Shown here: piece by piece, positions 1 to 8,388 of the stretch
Numbering within the stretch: position 1 is the first letter of the stretch
Layout of the letters: the number at the start of each line of letters is the position of its first letter
Origin: an uncultured Clostridia bacterium
GTDB taxonomy: Bacteria; Bacillota; Clostridia; Christensenellales; CAG-138
Assembly (NCBI GenBank): GCA_946631895.1
Contig: CAMPAN010000001.1
Location: forward strand, 50,436 to 114,435
Reading direction: 5' to 3'
Length of the DNA stretch: 64,000 bases
Notes under the pieces: model-generated
Databases searched by the model: none
The model's input: the letters and a program-made list of their open reading frames with translations, nothing else
Told to the model about the DNA's origin: nothing
Made by a program: the position numbers and the translations under genes

Positions 1-2
1 TC

Positions 3-197
3 GATGTAGAGAGCTTTCAGGAGGATGAAATGACGGTTCTCACGCAGGCGGGGACGCTCACAATCTGGGGAGAGGGGCTGAAACTCGGCAAATTGAATCC
101 GGAGGACGGGCAGGTTCTTCTGGAAGGAAACATTGCTTCGATTGAATATGAACAGCCGGAACCGGAACGTCGCGGGTTCTTTTTCAAGCGCGGATGA
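3..197 (+). CDS. yabP: Sporulation protein YabP, C-terminal fragment (gene begins upstream of the window)
   Basis: Frame is open from the window edge to TGA at 195-197. It translates ...TIWGEGLKLGKLNPEDGQVLLEGNIASIEYEQPE..GFFFKRG, a YabP-like C-terminus. ATGA overlap with the next gene; yabP-yabQ-divIC order matches other endospore formers. Confidence 0.6.
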   Translation, partial: DVESFQEDEMTVLTQAGTLTIWGEGLKLGKLNPEDGQVLLEGNIASIEYEQPEPERRGFFFKRG

Positions 198-499
198 TCG
201 ATGTTTTCGCACAGCCCTATGAAGCGCTGCTGCTCTTTCACGGAGGAGCCGTCGCGGGGCTTTGCTATCTGCTGCTGCGGATCGTACGGATACGCTTCAA
301 AGCAAAGTTCGTCACACACCTTTGCGATGCGTTATTTGTCATCATTCTGTTTGTACTTCTTGCGGGGTATCTTTATGCGGCAAATTACGGAACGGTGCGC
401 GGATTTCTTATTGCGGCTTTTTCGGCAGGGTTTATGGCATTCTATGCCTTGTTTGCGCCTTTGTTTGCAAGAATATCACAAAAAATCTGCAAAATATAG
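194..499 (+). CDS. yabQ: Small membrane protein, YabQ-like (spore cortex biosynthesis)
   Basis: 101-aa hydrophobic ORF lying between yabP-like and divIC-like genes, with ATGA coupling to yabP. Confidence 0.5.
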   Translation: MIDVFAQPYEALLLFHGGAVAGLCYLLLRIVRIRFKAKFVTHLCDALFVIILFVLLAGYLYAANYGTVRGFLIAAFSAGFMAFYALFAPLFARISQKICKI

Positions 500-535
500 G
501 TTCCGTTTTGGCGGATCATCTGTTATACTGTATAC

Positions 536-856
536 ATGGAACGTTCGTCCAAAAGAATCGTAAGAACGATTCGGTTCAAATTGATACATTTTATCCTCGT
601 ATTGATCGCCTGCGTGATCATTTTGTTTGTCGTTCTGATTCCGCAGAGGATACGGATTCATTCCGCCCGGGACGAATACAATGCACGTATTGAAGAACTG
701 AATCAGACAAAACGAACCTATGCGCAGGAACGCGAAAATCTGCAGTTCATGCGTACGGATAACTATAAGATTCAGCAGGGCATGATCAAATACGGCTGGC
801 ATTATCAGGAAGACAAGATTATTCTCGATGACAGCGCGGTATCGGTGGCAGAATGA
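536..856 (+). CDS. divIC: Septum formation initiator family protein (DivIC/FtsB-like)
   Basis: 106 aa with an N-terminal TM segment and a coiled-coil region (EYNARIEELNQTKRTYAQERENLQ). Synteny after yabQ. Confidence 0.6.
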   Translation: MERSSKRIVRTIRFKLIHFILVLIACVIILFVVLIPQRIRIHSARDEYNARIEELNQTKRTYAQERENLQFMRTDNYKIQQGMIKYGWHYQEDKIILDDSAVSVAE

Positions 857-1722
857 ATCCCGTAATCGCAGTCATAGATATCGGCAGCAACTCCGTACGG
901 TTGATGACAGCCGGAACGGAGTCTCATGAAGTACGCGCAATCCGCAAGATCCTGTGCACGACACGCCTCGCAAGAGGAATCGATACGACCGGTATGCTTT
1001 CGGCGGATCGTATGGAAGCGACCGTCGAAGCAATCAAGCGGTACCGTCAGATTGCCGATGATCTGAACGTGCCGGTGATTGCATATGCGACAAGCGCGGT
1101 GCGCGATGCGAAAAACCGGGATGGATTTATTTCGCTTGTGCACGAGAAAACCGGCGTTTGTGTTCGTGTTCTTTCGGGTGAGGAAGAGGGAAACTTCGCG
1201 TTTTCCGCCGTCACGGGCGGTGCAGGAACCGTTTTCGATATCGGCGGCGGCAGTTTTCAGATCGTCACAAAGGAACGGTCTCTGAGCTTTCCGTGCGGAT
1301 GCGTCCGCGCCAAGGAGCAATGTGATGCGAACGATCCGGAGGTTTTGTCGGACAGGCTGTTTTCCTGGATCGATGCGCATGCCGACGTTCCGGATACAGT
1401 GCCGACGCCGGTTTACGGGGTAGGCGGAACGATCACGTCGATCGGCGCGCTTCTTTCCATGCAAACGTTATTCGATCCGAAGCATCTGTCAACCGTCACG
1501 CTTCCCAAACTGGATTCGCTGTTGAAATCACTGTCGAAACTGTCGGAGTCGGAGCGTTTGCGGCATCCGTTGCTGTTGAAACGCGGCGACGTCATTTTGC
1601 AGGGAGCAACCATTTTGAAATACATGATGCTTCGTACGCATACGGAAATCGTGATTCCGTCGGACAGAGACGGAATGGAAGGAATCGCAGAAGCGTATCT
1701 TTGCGAACACGGGAGCATCTGA
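853..1722 (+). CDS. Ppx/GppA family phosphatase (exopolyphosphatase-like)
   Basis: N-terminus IAVIDIGSNSVRLM is the ASKHA phosphate-1 motif typical of Ppx/GppA; 289 aa; ATGA overlap with the preceding gene. Confidence 0.8.
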   Translation: MNPVIAVIDIGSNSVRLMTAGTESHEVRAIRKILCTTRLARGIDTTGMLSADRMEATVEAIKRYRQIADDLNVPVIAYATSAVRDAKNRDGFISLVHEKTGVCVRVLSGEEEGNFAFSAVTGGAGTVFDIGGGSFQIVTKERSLSFPCGCVRAKEQCDANDPEVLSDRLFSWIDAHADVPDTVPTPVYGVGGTITSIGALLSMQTLFDPKHLSTVTLPKLDSLLKSLSKLSESERLRHPLLLKRGDVILQGATILKYMMLRTHTEIVIPSDRDGMEGIAEAYLCEHGSI

Positions 1723-1740
1723 TCGATCGGAGGAATCTAT

Positions 1741-2043
1741 ATGAAGGATAACGCAAAATTCTGGAAGATCGCCGAAATCATTCTCGGAGCGATCGGTGCC
1801 GTGCTTTTGGTGCTGATTCTTGTTCTGCGGCTGACGGGAAAGGACGTAACCGTCTTTTCCTATGTGATTGTCGGCGTTGTGATTTTGTTCTTGATCGCCG
1901 ACGAGTTCGCACGATCGATTCGCAGACGGCACGAAAAAGAGGCAAAGACGGAACAGGATTCTTCCCCAAAAGAAGATCCGGAAGGCACGCTTCCGAAAGA
2001 CGCGTTTGACTTTGAACCAGATTCGAAAAAGGAGCATCCGTGA
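1741..2043 (+). CDS. Hypothetical two-TM membrane protein with charged C-terminal tail
   Basis: GGAGG SD upstream; two hydrophobic segments followed by a K/E/D/P-rich tail; GTGA overlap with the next gene. Confidence 0.5.
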   Translation: MKDNAKFWKIAEIILGAIGAVLLVLILVLRLTGKDVTVFSYVIVGVVILFLIADEFARSIRRRHEKEAKTEQDSSPKEDPEGTLPKDAFDFEPDSKKEHP

Positions 2044-2849
2044 GCGCTGAGAAGTTTTTCAATCATATTGAATTGATGCGCTGTCCTCGTTGCGGGACGG
2101 CGTTTTCACGCTGCGGTTTTTCTCTGCGCTGCGTAAACGGACATACTTTTGATCCGTCGCGAAAAGGATATGTGAATTTCGTTCCGAACGCAGCGCCGGG
2201 CCGTTACGGAAAAACGTTGTTTGAATCACGAAGAAGAATTCTGGAAGCCGGATTCTATGATCCGGTGATCGACGCCGTTCGGAGCGCAATGCCGCAGAAT
2301 CCCAACGTTGTGTTGGATGCAGGGTGCGGCGACGGAACGTTTACCAAAGCATTGCAAAAAGAGACGACCGTCGGTCTGGATCTTTCCAAGGATGCGATCC
2401 GGCTTGCGTCAGGCGGGGGAGGACCGATTCTGTGGACGGTCAGCGATTTGACGCATATTCCGCTGAAGGACGATTCGACCGACGTGATTCTGAATCTGTT
2501 TTCGCCTGCACATTACGCGGAGTTTTCCCGCGTTCTGAAGCGAGACGGACGATTGATCAAGCTCGTCCCGCAGGAGGGGTATCTCAAGGAGATTCGTACG
2601 CTGATGACGGATCGTCTGCGCCGCGAGACATATTCGAATCAATCGGTCGTTTCACTATTGTCCGATCGCTTCCACCTGCTCGATCGCATTCGCATCTGCA
2701 GGGAATATCCGCTTACGCCGGATCAGTCAAAAGATTTTTTACATATGACGCCGCTGACGTTCGGAACGGATCCGGAATCGCTGGACGCCGACGCGCTGCA
2801 TTCCGTAACAATCGATGTTGAGCTGTTGATTGCAGAAAAGAAATCATGA
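2040..2849 (+). CDS. rlmA: 23S rRNA (guanine-N1)-methyltransferase, RlmA family
   Basis: N-terminal zinc finger CPRCG..x..CVNGHTFDPSRKGYVNF as in RlmA, followed by the SAM motif VLDAGCGDG. Confidence 0.75.
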   Translation: MSAEKFFNHIELMRCPRCGTAFSRCGFSLRCVNGHTFDPSRKGYVNFVPNAAPGRYGKTLFESRRRILEAGFYDPVIDAVRSAMPQNPNVVLDAGCGDGTFTKALQKETTVGLDLSKDAIRLASGGGGPILWTVSDLTHIPLKDDSTDVILNLFSPAHYAEFSRVLKRDGRLIKLVPQEGYLKEIRTLMTDRLRRETYSNQSVVSLLSDRFHLLDRIRICREYPLTPDQSKDFLHMTPLTFGTDPESLDADALHSVTIDVELLIAEKKS

Positions 2850-2892
2850 AAAAAGCAGGCGCAAAAGCGTCTGCTTTCGTTTCTGTAAGGAT

Positions 2893-3609
2893 TCAGCTGA
2901 CTTTCCGGATGTTTGCCTCGTGCTCGAGATCGTGCAGATGCAATACGTGCGAAAGACTGCCGGAAAAGTAGATACACGCGTGAGAGACGCCGTCCCATTG
3001 GATGGAAGCGGAGACCCATTGTCCGTCAAGATCGAACAGGATCGCGCATTTATAGAAGCTGTTGCTTTTCCCGAGCCAATTGGTCATCATGGTCAGCGCT
3101 GCGGTGCGATCCTGAACCTGCAGCGGCAGATCCATTTCCGCATGGTTTTCACCGGACACAAAGAGGAGCGTCGCTTCTTCACCGGTCGCGGCGTTTTTAA
3201 TGCGATAGGATTCCCCGGCATTGAGCCGCGGCTGCACATCCTTCCATTCGATCGGATTCCCTTTTTGTGCGAGCGGTCCCTGCGCGGAAAAACTCAAAGG
3301 AACATAGGCGTGAAAATCGACACGCTTTGCGCCTCGGGAAAAGAGCGCATTCATGGTTTCTGCGCCGACGCTTCCGTCGCTCATCAGACCGGACGCCGCC
3401 TGATATGCGATAATGGCGGTTCTTGTGACGGTCCGGTAGCTCCCGGTGGGTTTATAGGAATAATAACCGAGATCGAACAGGCGTGTTTGAATACGGACGA
3501 TCTCTTCGCCCTTATCACCTTGCTGTATGATCTTGTTGTCTTCATCCGCCTGCACACCGAAAACCGGCAGCAGAAACAGAATCAGAAGGATCGGCAGAAT
3601 ACGTTTCAT
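2893..3609 (-). CDS. Secreted peptidoglycan-binding-domain protein
   Basis: Signal peptide MKRILPILLILFLLPVFGVQA; PG_binding_1-like segment (GEEIVRIQTRLFDLGYY...TRTAIIAYQAASGL..DG); C-terminal domain unassigned. Confidence 0.65.
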   Translation of the reverse strand: MKRILPILLILFLLPVFGVQADEDNKIIQQGDKGEEIVRIQTRLFDLGYYSYKPTGSYRTVTRTAIIAYQAASGLMSDGSVGAETMNALFSRGAKRVDFHAYVPLSFSAQGPLAQKGNPIEWKDVQPRLNAGESYRIKNAATGEEATLLFVSGENHAEMDLPLQVQDRTAALTMMTNWLGKSNSFYKCAILFDLDGQWVSASIQWDGVSHACIYFSGSLSHVLHLHDLEHEANIRKVS

Positions 3610-3685
3610 ATCTGATAGTATATCACACTTGTATATGCTTGAAAAGTGCTGTTTTCAATGCTACAATAACGGCGGAGGTGAGATT

Positions 3686-3895
3686 ATGCGCTGCAGTTGT
3701 CAACGATGCGGAGCTTACATGGTTCAGGATGAAAAAGGCGTTCAGAGCCGCTGTATCTGTCCTGAATGCTTCTTTGTATGCTCGGCGTGTATCGGGACGT
3801 CCGGCGGACAGCCTCTCGATCTCGATTCGCTGCGGATGCTGTCGCTATTGCGAGAAGCGCAGGGCGACGGCACGGATGAGGACGAAGAATACTGA
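3686..3895 (+). CDS. Small Cys-rich zinc-ribbon-like protein with acidic tail
   Basis: ATG at 3686 preceded by GGAGGTGAG. Motifs CxxC...CxxC..CxxC, then an acidic C-terminus. The longer ORF from 3527 overlaps the neighbouring gene on the opposite strand, so it was trimmed. Confidence 0.4.
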   Translation: MRCSCQRCGAYMVQDEKGVQSRCICPECFFVCSACIGTSGGQPLDLDSLRMLSLLREAQGDGTDEDEEY

Positions 3896-3900
3896 CGCGA

Positions 3901-4431
3901 TCAGACGTCGACCGTAAACAATACGGAAGGTTCTGAGATACGAAGGGTGGAGAATCCTGCGGATGTAATCTCTGCAAAACCGTTTTTCGGAATAACCGTT
4001 CCGTTTACGGTCGTTTTCTGCGGACAGAAAAGAAACAGAAACGCATGCAGCGTCAGCGCGTGATCGCCTTTCGGCAGGATCCGCATTTCGCCGCGCGCGC
4101 CTTTGAGCATCAGATTGAGATCGCGACCGCTGCCGCGGCAGAGAATATCCTCTTCGCCGGAGAAACGCAGGACGTCGCCCTTCGGAAGGAAAAGCCAATG
4201 TCCGTTTCGCTTCAGATAAAACCCGTCACAGAGAGGCGTCAGATACCGTGTAACGCCGTCAAGTCTCGTGAAGTGTGATTCCGACTGCTCGACAAGAGCG
4301 GTGCTGATCCGGAACTGAAAACGGCGATCCGCATATGATCCGTCGAAAGGATAGAGGTACAGTTCTGTCGTTTTACCGCCGCTCCATACGGTCGTTTTGA
4401 ATTGATCCGGATCAAAAATACGGATTTCCAT
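3901..4431 (-). CDS. HutD/Ves family protein
   Basis: MEIRIF...TTVWSGGKTTELYLYP... matches the HutD family N-terminal pattern. Start chosen at the internal ATG (4431), downstream of the vanW terminator. Confidence 0.6.
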   Translation of the reverse strand: MEIRIFDPDQFKTTVWSGGKTTELYLYPFDGSYADRRFQFRISTALVEQSESHFTRLDGVTRYLTPLCDGFYLKRNGHWLFLPKGDVLRFSGEEDILCRGSGRDLNLMLKGARGEMRILPKGDHALTLHAFLFLFCPQKTTVNGTVIPKNGFAEITSAGFSTLRISEPSVLFTVDV

Positions 4432-4475
4432 AGTCGCCTCACAAAGTTCGGTAATTGATGCAAACAGAGTATAAC

Positions 4476-4508
4476 ATAAAGCGGGACTGCCTTGCAAGAC
4501 AGTCCCGC
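4476..4508 (-). terminator. Rho-independent terminator after the VanW-family gene
   Basis: Stem GCGGGACTG (4481-4489) pairs with CAGTCCCGC (4500-4508); a T-rich run follows on the minus strand. Confidence 0.5.
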
Positions 4509-4515
4509 TGCATAG

Positions 4516-6210
4516 TTATCCTTCGCCGCCGTCACCGGGATCGTCGGGCTTCGGCGTATCGGGTTTCGGTGTCGGATCCGGTTTCGGCGTATCGGGTTTC
4601 GGTGTCGGATCGTCGGGTTTCGGAGTCGGATCGTCGGGTTTCGGAGTCGGATCATCGGGCTTCGGCGTCGGATCATCCGGTTTCGGCGTTTTATCCGGCT
4701 TCGGCGTTGCATCCGGACCGACGATATAAACACCGGCAAAAGCTTTATAGGTTGACGTATCAAGCTTCTCGGTCTTTACAAGAACGCCGTTCAGATAATA
4801 CTCTTTTTTGCTTTCATAAACAGCACCGTTCCGGTTCTTGACTTCTTCTTTCTTGTATCCGGCTGGCTTTGTTTCATCAACAATATACTCAACCGCGCCG
4901 CTCGGCTTCAGCGTTTTGGTTTTTACCGGCTTCGGAATGCGGATCTCGTCGTATTCACCGTTGGAGTCTTCGATAATCGGGATACCCCAGATTTCCATGG
5001 TCAGTTCTTTTCCGTCGGCTCTGGCGATGATGATGATATCCGACTTGCTGCTGTTTTCAAACTTAAAGTCAATGATGTTACCGGTGGAGTTGATTGTGGC
5101 GTCAAGTCCTTTCGATACATAATCCACGTACATCGAATGATTTCTGCGTTCGACGATCTTCATGTCAGCCATGACCGCAGCGTTATAGAGCGTACTGGAA
5201 AGCTGGCATACGCCGCCGCCGTACTGCTTGACGTGTGCGCCCGCTTCATAGGCGGTAGCGACTTTCCAGCCGTTTGATTTATTTCGGACGCCGAGCGTTC
5301 CGTTAGCGGAGAAGACTTCGCCGGGATGCAGAACGGTTCCGCTGATCTTGCCGGCACCGTACTTGATGTTATACTTTCTGTTCTTGATGCTGCTGCCGTA
5401 TTTCGTGGTTTTGGTACCGCGAATAACATATTTGTCCTGAATATCCTCGAGTTTGATCTCTGCAGGGGTTTCTTCGGTCGGTGCAGCGATGGAATCGCCG
5501 GCTTTTGCAGTCAACAGGGAAGTGAGCAAGGACTCGCAGTCGATCGAACGTCCGGGAATATCCGGAATGAAATCGATCTTGTTTTCATCCTTATTGAAAG
5601 CTACGGTTGCGTTGACCGGATTTGTGCTGTTTGCTTCTGCAAACGCGTTGACGGCGTTACGAAGCGCTTCTTCTTCGAACGTCAGCAGCACGGGGAAATC
5701 CTGCCCCGAGGTTTTGATCCGTTCGACTTCTGCGGATACAGCTTCATAGCCGGTGTCTTCCCTTACAAGAGCAAATGCACCGTTCAGAGCTTCGTCGAGA
5801 TTGTCGACCGTTGCAATCGATTCTCCGGAAAATGTCTCACTGACGTCGCCGAAGCTGACCTGAATCTGCAGATCTTTCTTCGCCTGCTCGATCGATGGAA
5901 GAACGGCGGCTCTCGCCTCGTCCATGGTCATACCGCTGACAGAGACTCCGTTGATGGTAACGCCTTCCAGCATGGTCGTGCGTTTCAGAATTGCATTGAG
6001 TTCTTCGCGATACAGATCGGGTTCCGGCGTCACGATAGAGATCTCGTCCGAACCGCTGTGCGCGGTCTCGTTCGCAACAATCTGCTCGCCCGTACGTGGA
6101 TTATAGTCCACGTTTGTCTGGTTGTGTGATTCTCCGCAGGCAAGGCAGAAGACCAAAAGCAGAGCAACGAGGGGAAGCAGCCAAAGATAACGTTTCTTCA
6201 TTTGAATCAA
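4516..6210 (-). CDS. VanW family protein with G5-like domain and Pro-rich C-terminal repeat
   Basis: N-terminal TM/signal with Cys (LVFCLACG); VanW core (YGGGVCQLSSTLYNA...ERRNHS); a G5-like segment; C-terminal PKPDDPT repeats. Confidence 0.8.
   Translation of the reverse strand: MIQMKKRYLWLLPLVALLLVFCLACGESHNQTNVDYNPRTGEQIVANETAHSGSDEISIVTPEPDLYREELNAILKRTTMLEGVTINGVSVSGMTMDEARAAVLPSIEQAKKDLQIQVSFGDVSETFSGESIATVDNLDEALNGAFALVREDTGYEAVSAEVERIKTSGQDFPVLLTFEEEALRNAVNAFAEANSTNPVNATVAFNKDENKIDFIPDIPGRSIDCESLLTSLLTAKAGDSIAAPTEETPAEIKLEDIQDKYVIRGTKTTKYGSSIKNRKYNIKYGAGKISGTVLHPGEVFSANGTLGVRNKSNGWKVATAYEAGAHVKQYGGGVCQLSSTLYNAAVMADMKIVERRNHSMYVDYVSKGLDATINSTGNIIDFKFENSSKSDIIIIARADGKELTMEIWGIPIIEDSNGEYDEIRIPKPVKTKTLKPSGAVEYIVDETKPAGYKKEEVKNRNGAVYESKKEYYLNGVLVKTEKLDTSTYKAFAGVYIVGPDATPKPDKTPKPDDPTPKPDDPTPKPDDPTPKPDDPTPKPDTPKPDPTPKPDTPKPDDPGDGGEG
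4519..4719 (-). repeat. In-frame tandem 21-nt repeat encoding (T)PKPDDP units
   Basis: The DNA repeats GGATC(R)TCGGG(Y)TTCGG(N)GTC. The protein tail reads PKPDKTPKPDDPTPKPDDPTPKPDDPTPKPDDPTPKPDTPKPDPTPKPDTPKPDDP. Confidence 0.85.
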
Positions 6211-6461
6211 GTCCTTCTTTCATGATGATTTCATTGTACACGCTTTTTTTGAAAATACCATCCCTTTTGAAAAGCATTTACTAATAAGTTACATTTCAGG
6301 CACATTTTTTATACATCTTTCCAAAACAGATTTCACAGCTCCATTCAGCTCTTACATATAAAAAGACGGGTCATCCTTCGAAAACGTTGCATCTTTTTTG
6401 CGCTTTTCTTTTCATAATGCAAAAAGTATGCTATACTGCCTATAGTAATAAGGAGTACAAA

Positions 6462-6956
6462 ATGAATCAGACAGGACAAAAAACATTATCTCCGATGGAC
6501 TATGCCATGAAATATCTGACGCTGAAAGACCGCACAGTCTCAGAAGTACAGACGTATCTCGACGGAAAGGAATTCGGAGAAGCGGATGTGGATGCAACGG
6601 TTGAACGTCTGAAGGAACTCGGCCTGCTGAACGATGCGCGTTACGCGCAGCGCTTTGTCGAAACAAGGCTTGCCGCAAAGCCGGTCAGCAAGCGTCATCT
6701 TCGGGAACAGATGAAGGGGCACGGACTCTGCGATGCGGATATCGAAGCTGCGCTGGACTCGCTCGATACGGAATCTGAGGAGGCAAATGCAAATGCGGTT
6801 GCCCTCAAATTTGCACGACAGTTCCGAACGCTGGATCCGCAGAAGAGGCGCGAACGCGTGCTTTCCCGATTGATCGCGCGCGGGTATGCGTATGACACGG
6901 CAAGAAAAGCATATGAAAGCGTTTTGTCTGCGGAGGACGAATGGAGCGAATCTTAA
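6462..6956 (+). CDS. recX: Recombination regulator RecX
   Basis: AAGGAG SD before ATG 6462. Repeated three-helix pattern (AMKYLTLKDRTVSEVQTYL...RLKELGLLNDARYAQRFV) typical of RecX. Confidence 0.8.
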   Translation: MNQTGQKTLSPMDYAMKYLTLKDRTVSEVQTYLDGKEFGEADVDATVERLKELGLLNDARYAQRFVETRLAAKPVSKRHLREQMKGHGLCDADIEAALDSLDTESEEANANAVALKFARQFRTLDPQKRRERVLSRLIARGYAYDTARKAYESVLSAEDEWSES

Positions 6957-8386
6957 CGGCAGAGGAAGCAAAACAGAAGGATGCGCAGGCCATCGCCTCG
7001 GGGATATCCTCGCGTGCTTTGATGTACAAAGCGGCAGAGGGAATCGCGAAAGCGGTACGGGAAAGAAGCCGGACCGGAGAAATTGTCACGGCGATCTGCG
7101 GAATCGGCAATAACGGAGGAGACGGCGTCGCGGCGGCGCTGATCCTTCACAGAGCAGGTCTCCCGGCACGGATCGTTCTCTGCGGGAACGAAAAAGGATG
7201 TACGTCGGACACTTCGTTTTATCTTCGTACAGTGCGGGAAGAAGGCGTCCCGATCGACCGCCTCTGGGATCCGGCAGACCGCGAGATCCTGATCGACGCG
7301 CTGTTCGGCGTCGGATTGAATCGTCCGATCGAGGGAGACGCAAAAGCGTTGATTGAGCAGATCAACGCAAGCGGCAAGACGGTCGTTTCCGCCGATCTGC
7401 CGTCCGGTCTGCATGCAGACAGCGGCATGATCCTCGGAGAAGCGATCTCTGCAGATTGTACCGTCACAATGCAGGCGATCAAGGCGGGCATGCTCCTTGG
7501 ACAGGGACGCGCGCGGTGCGGCGAGGTGATCGTGAATCCGCTCTATAGCGACCCGTCGGACATACGAATGTTTTTGCAGGATGAGGAGGGGATTACAAAG
7601 CTTCTCCCCAAACGCGCGTTTGATTCTCATAAGGGAAAGAACGGTCATGCGCTTTTGTGTGTCGGATCAGAGACCTATCCCGGTGCGGCGCTGCTCTGCG
7701 CAAAAGCCGCTCTGCGCGGCGGCGCCGGACTTTTGACTGTCTGCACACCGGATCCGGTGCGCCCGTTCTTTGCGGCGCTGCCGGAAGCGATTACGGTTCC
7801 GACGGGAACCGCGGATTGGTGCGGAGACGCCGTTAAAGCCGTAAAGGATTCAATGGATCGAAAACAGGCGATCGGCATCGGCAGCGGTGCGGGGAAAGGC
7901 GATCTTGCGCCGGTTATCGAAACCGCGCTGCGATCCGGAACGAAACTTGTTCTGGACGCGGACGCGTTGAATCAGATGGCGGTTCATCGCGATCTTTTAT
8001 CCCTGCTGCACGACAATACGGTTCTTACGCCGCACGTCGGCGAAATGGCAAGACTGTTGGGAACGACGATCGAAGACGTCATCGCCGATCCGATCGCCGC
8101 CGTACGCTCGTTCCCGTGCACGACTTTGCTGAAAGGCGCAACAACGCTGATCCACAGCAAGGGAAGGATCGCATTTTCCGCGTTTGGCAATCCCGGACTT
8201 GCAAAGGGCGGCAGTGGGGATGTGCTGACCGGCTTGATTACGGCAATGCTCGCGCAGGGCATGGAACCGTTTGATGCGGCTCGCACCGGCGCATATCTGC
8301 TCGGCATTTCGGCAGATCGTGCGATGAAATTGCTCGGCGAACGCGCATTGCTTGCAAGCGATGTGATCGATATGATACAATACTGA
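6941..8386 (+). CDS. nnr: Bifunctional NAD(P)H-hydrate repair enzyme Nnr (epimerase plus ADP-dependent dehydratase)
   Basis: N-terminal YjeF_N (CGIGNNGGDG) and C-terminal carbohydrate-kinase-like domain (HKGKNGH..., GGSGDVLTG). Confidence 0.85.
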   Translation: MERILTAEEAKQKDAQAIASGISSRALMYKAAEGIAKAVRERSRTGEIVTAICGIGNNGGDGVAAALILHRAGLPARIVLCGNEKGCTSDTSFYLRTVREEGVPIDRLWDPADREILIDALFGVGLNRPIEGDAKALIEQINASGKTVVSADLPSGLHADSGMILGEAISADCTVTMQAIKAGMLLGQGRARCGEVIVNPLYSDPSDIRMFLQDEEGITKLLPKRAFDSHKGKNGHALLCVGSETYPGAALLCAKAALRGGAGLLTVCTPDPVRPFFAALPEAITVPTGTADWCGDAVKAVKDSMDRKQAIGIGSGAGKGDLAPVIETALRSGTKLVLDADALNQMAVHRDLLSLLHDNTVLTPHVGEMARLLGTTIEDVIADPIAAVRSFPCTTLLKGATTLIHSKGRIAFSAFGNPGLAKGGSGDVLTGLITAMLAQGMEPFDAARTGAYLLGISADRAMKLLGERALLASDVIDMIQY

Positions 8387-8388
8387 TT

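Noticed and set aside
4519-4719. Regularly spaced short direct repeats that could suggest a CRISPR array or minisatellite.
   Set aside because: The repeats are contiguous 21-nt units without spacers and are in frame inside the VanW-family CDS. They encode PKPDDPT, so this is a coding tandem repeat, not CRISPR.
6211-6461. A 250-nt AT-rich divergent intergenic region between the vanW-family gene and recX, considered as a riboswitch or sRNA locus.
   Set aside because: I saw only promoter-like elements (for example TGCTATACT, an extended -10, before recX) and no conserved riboswitch core sequence. The region is most simply two divergent promoters.
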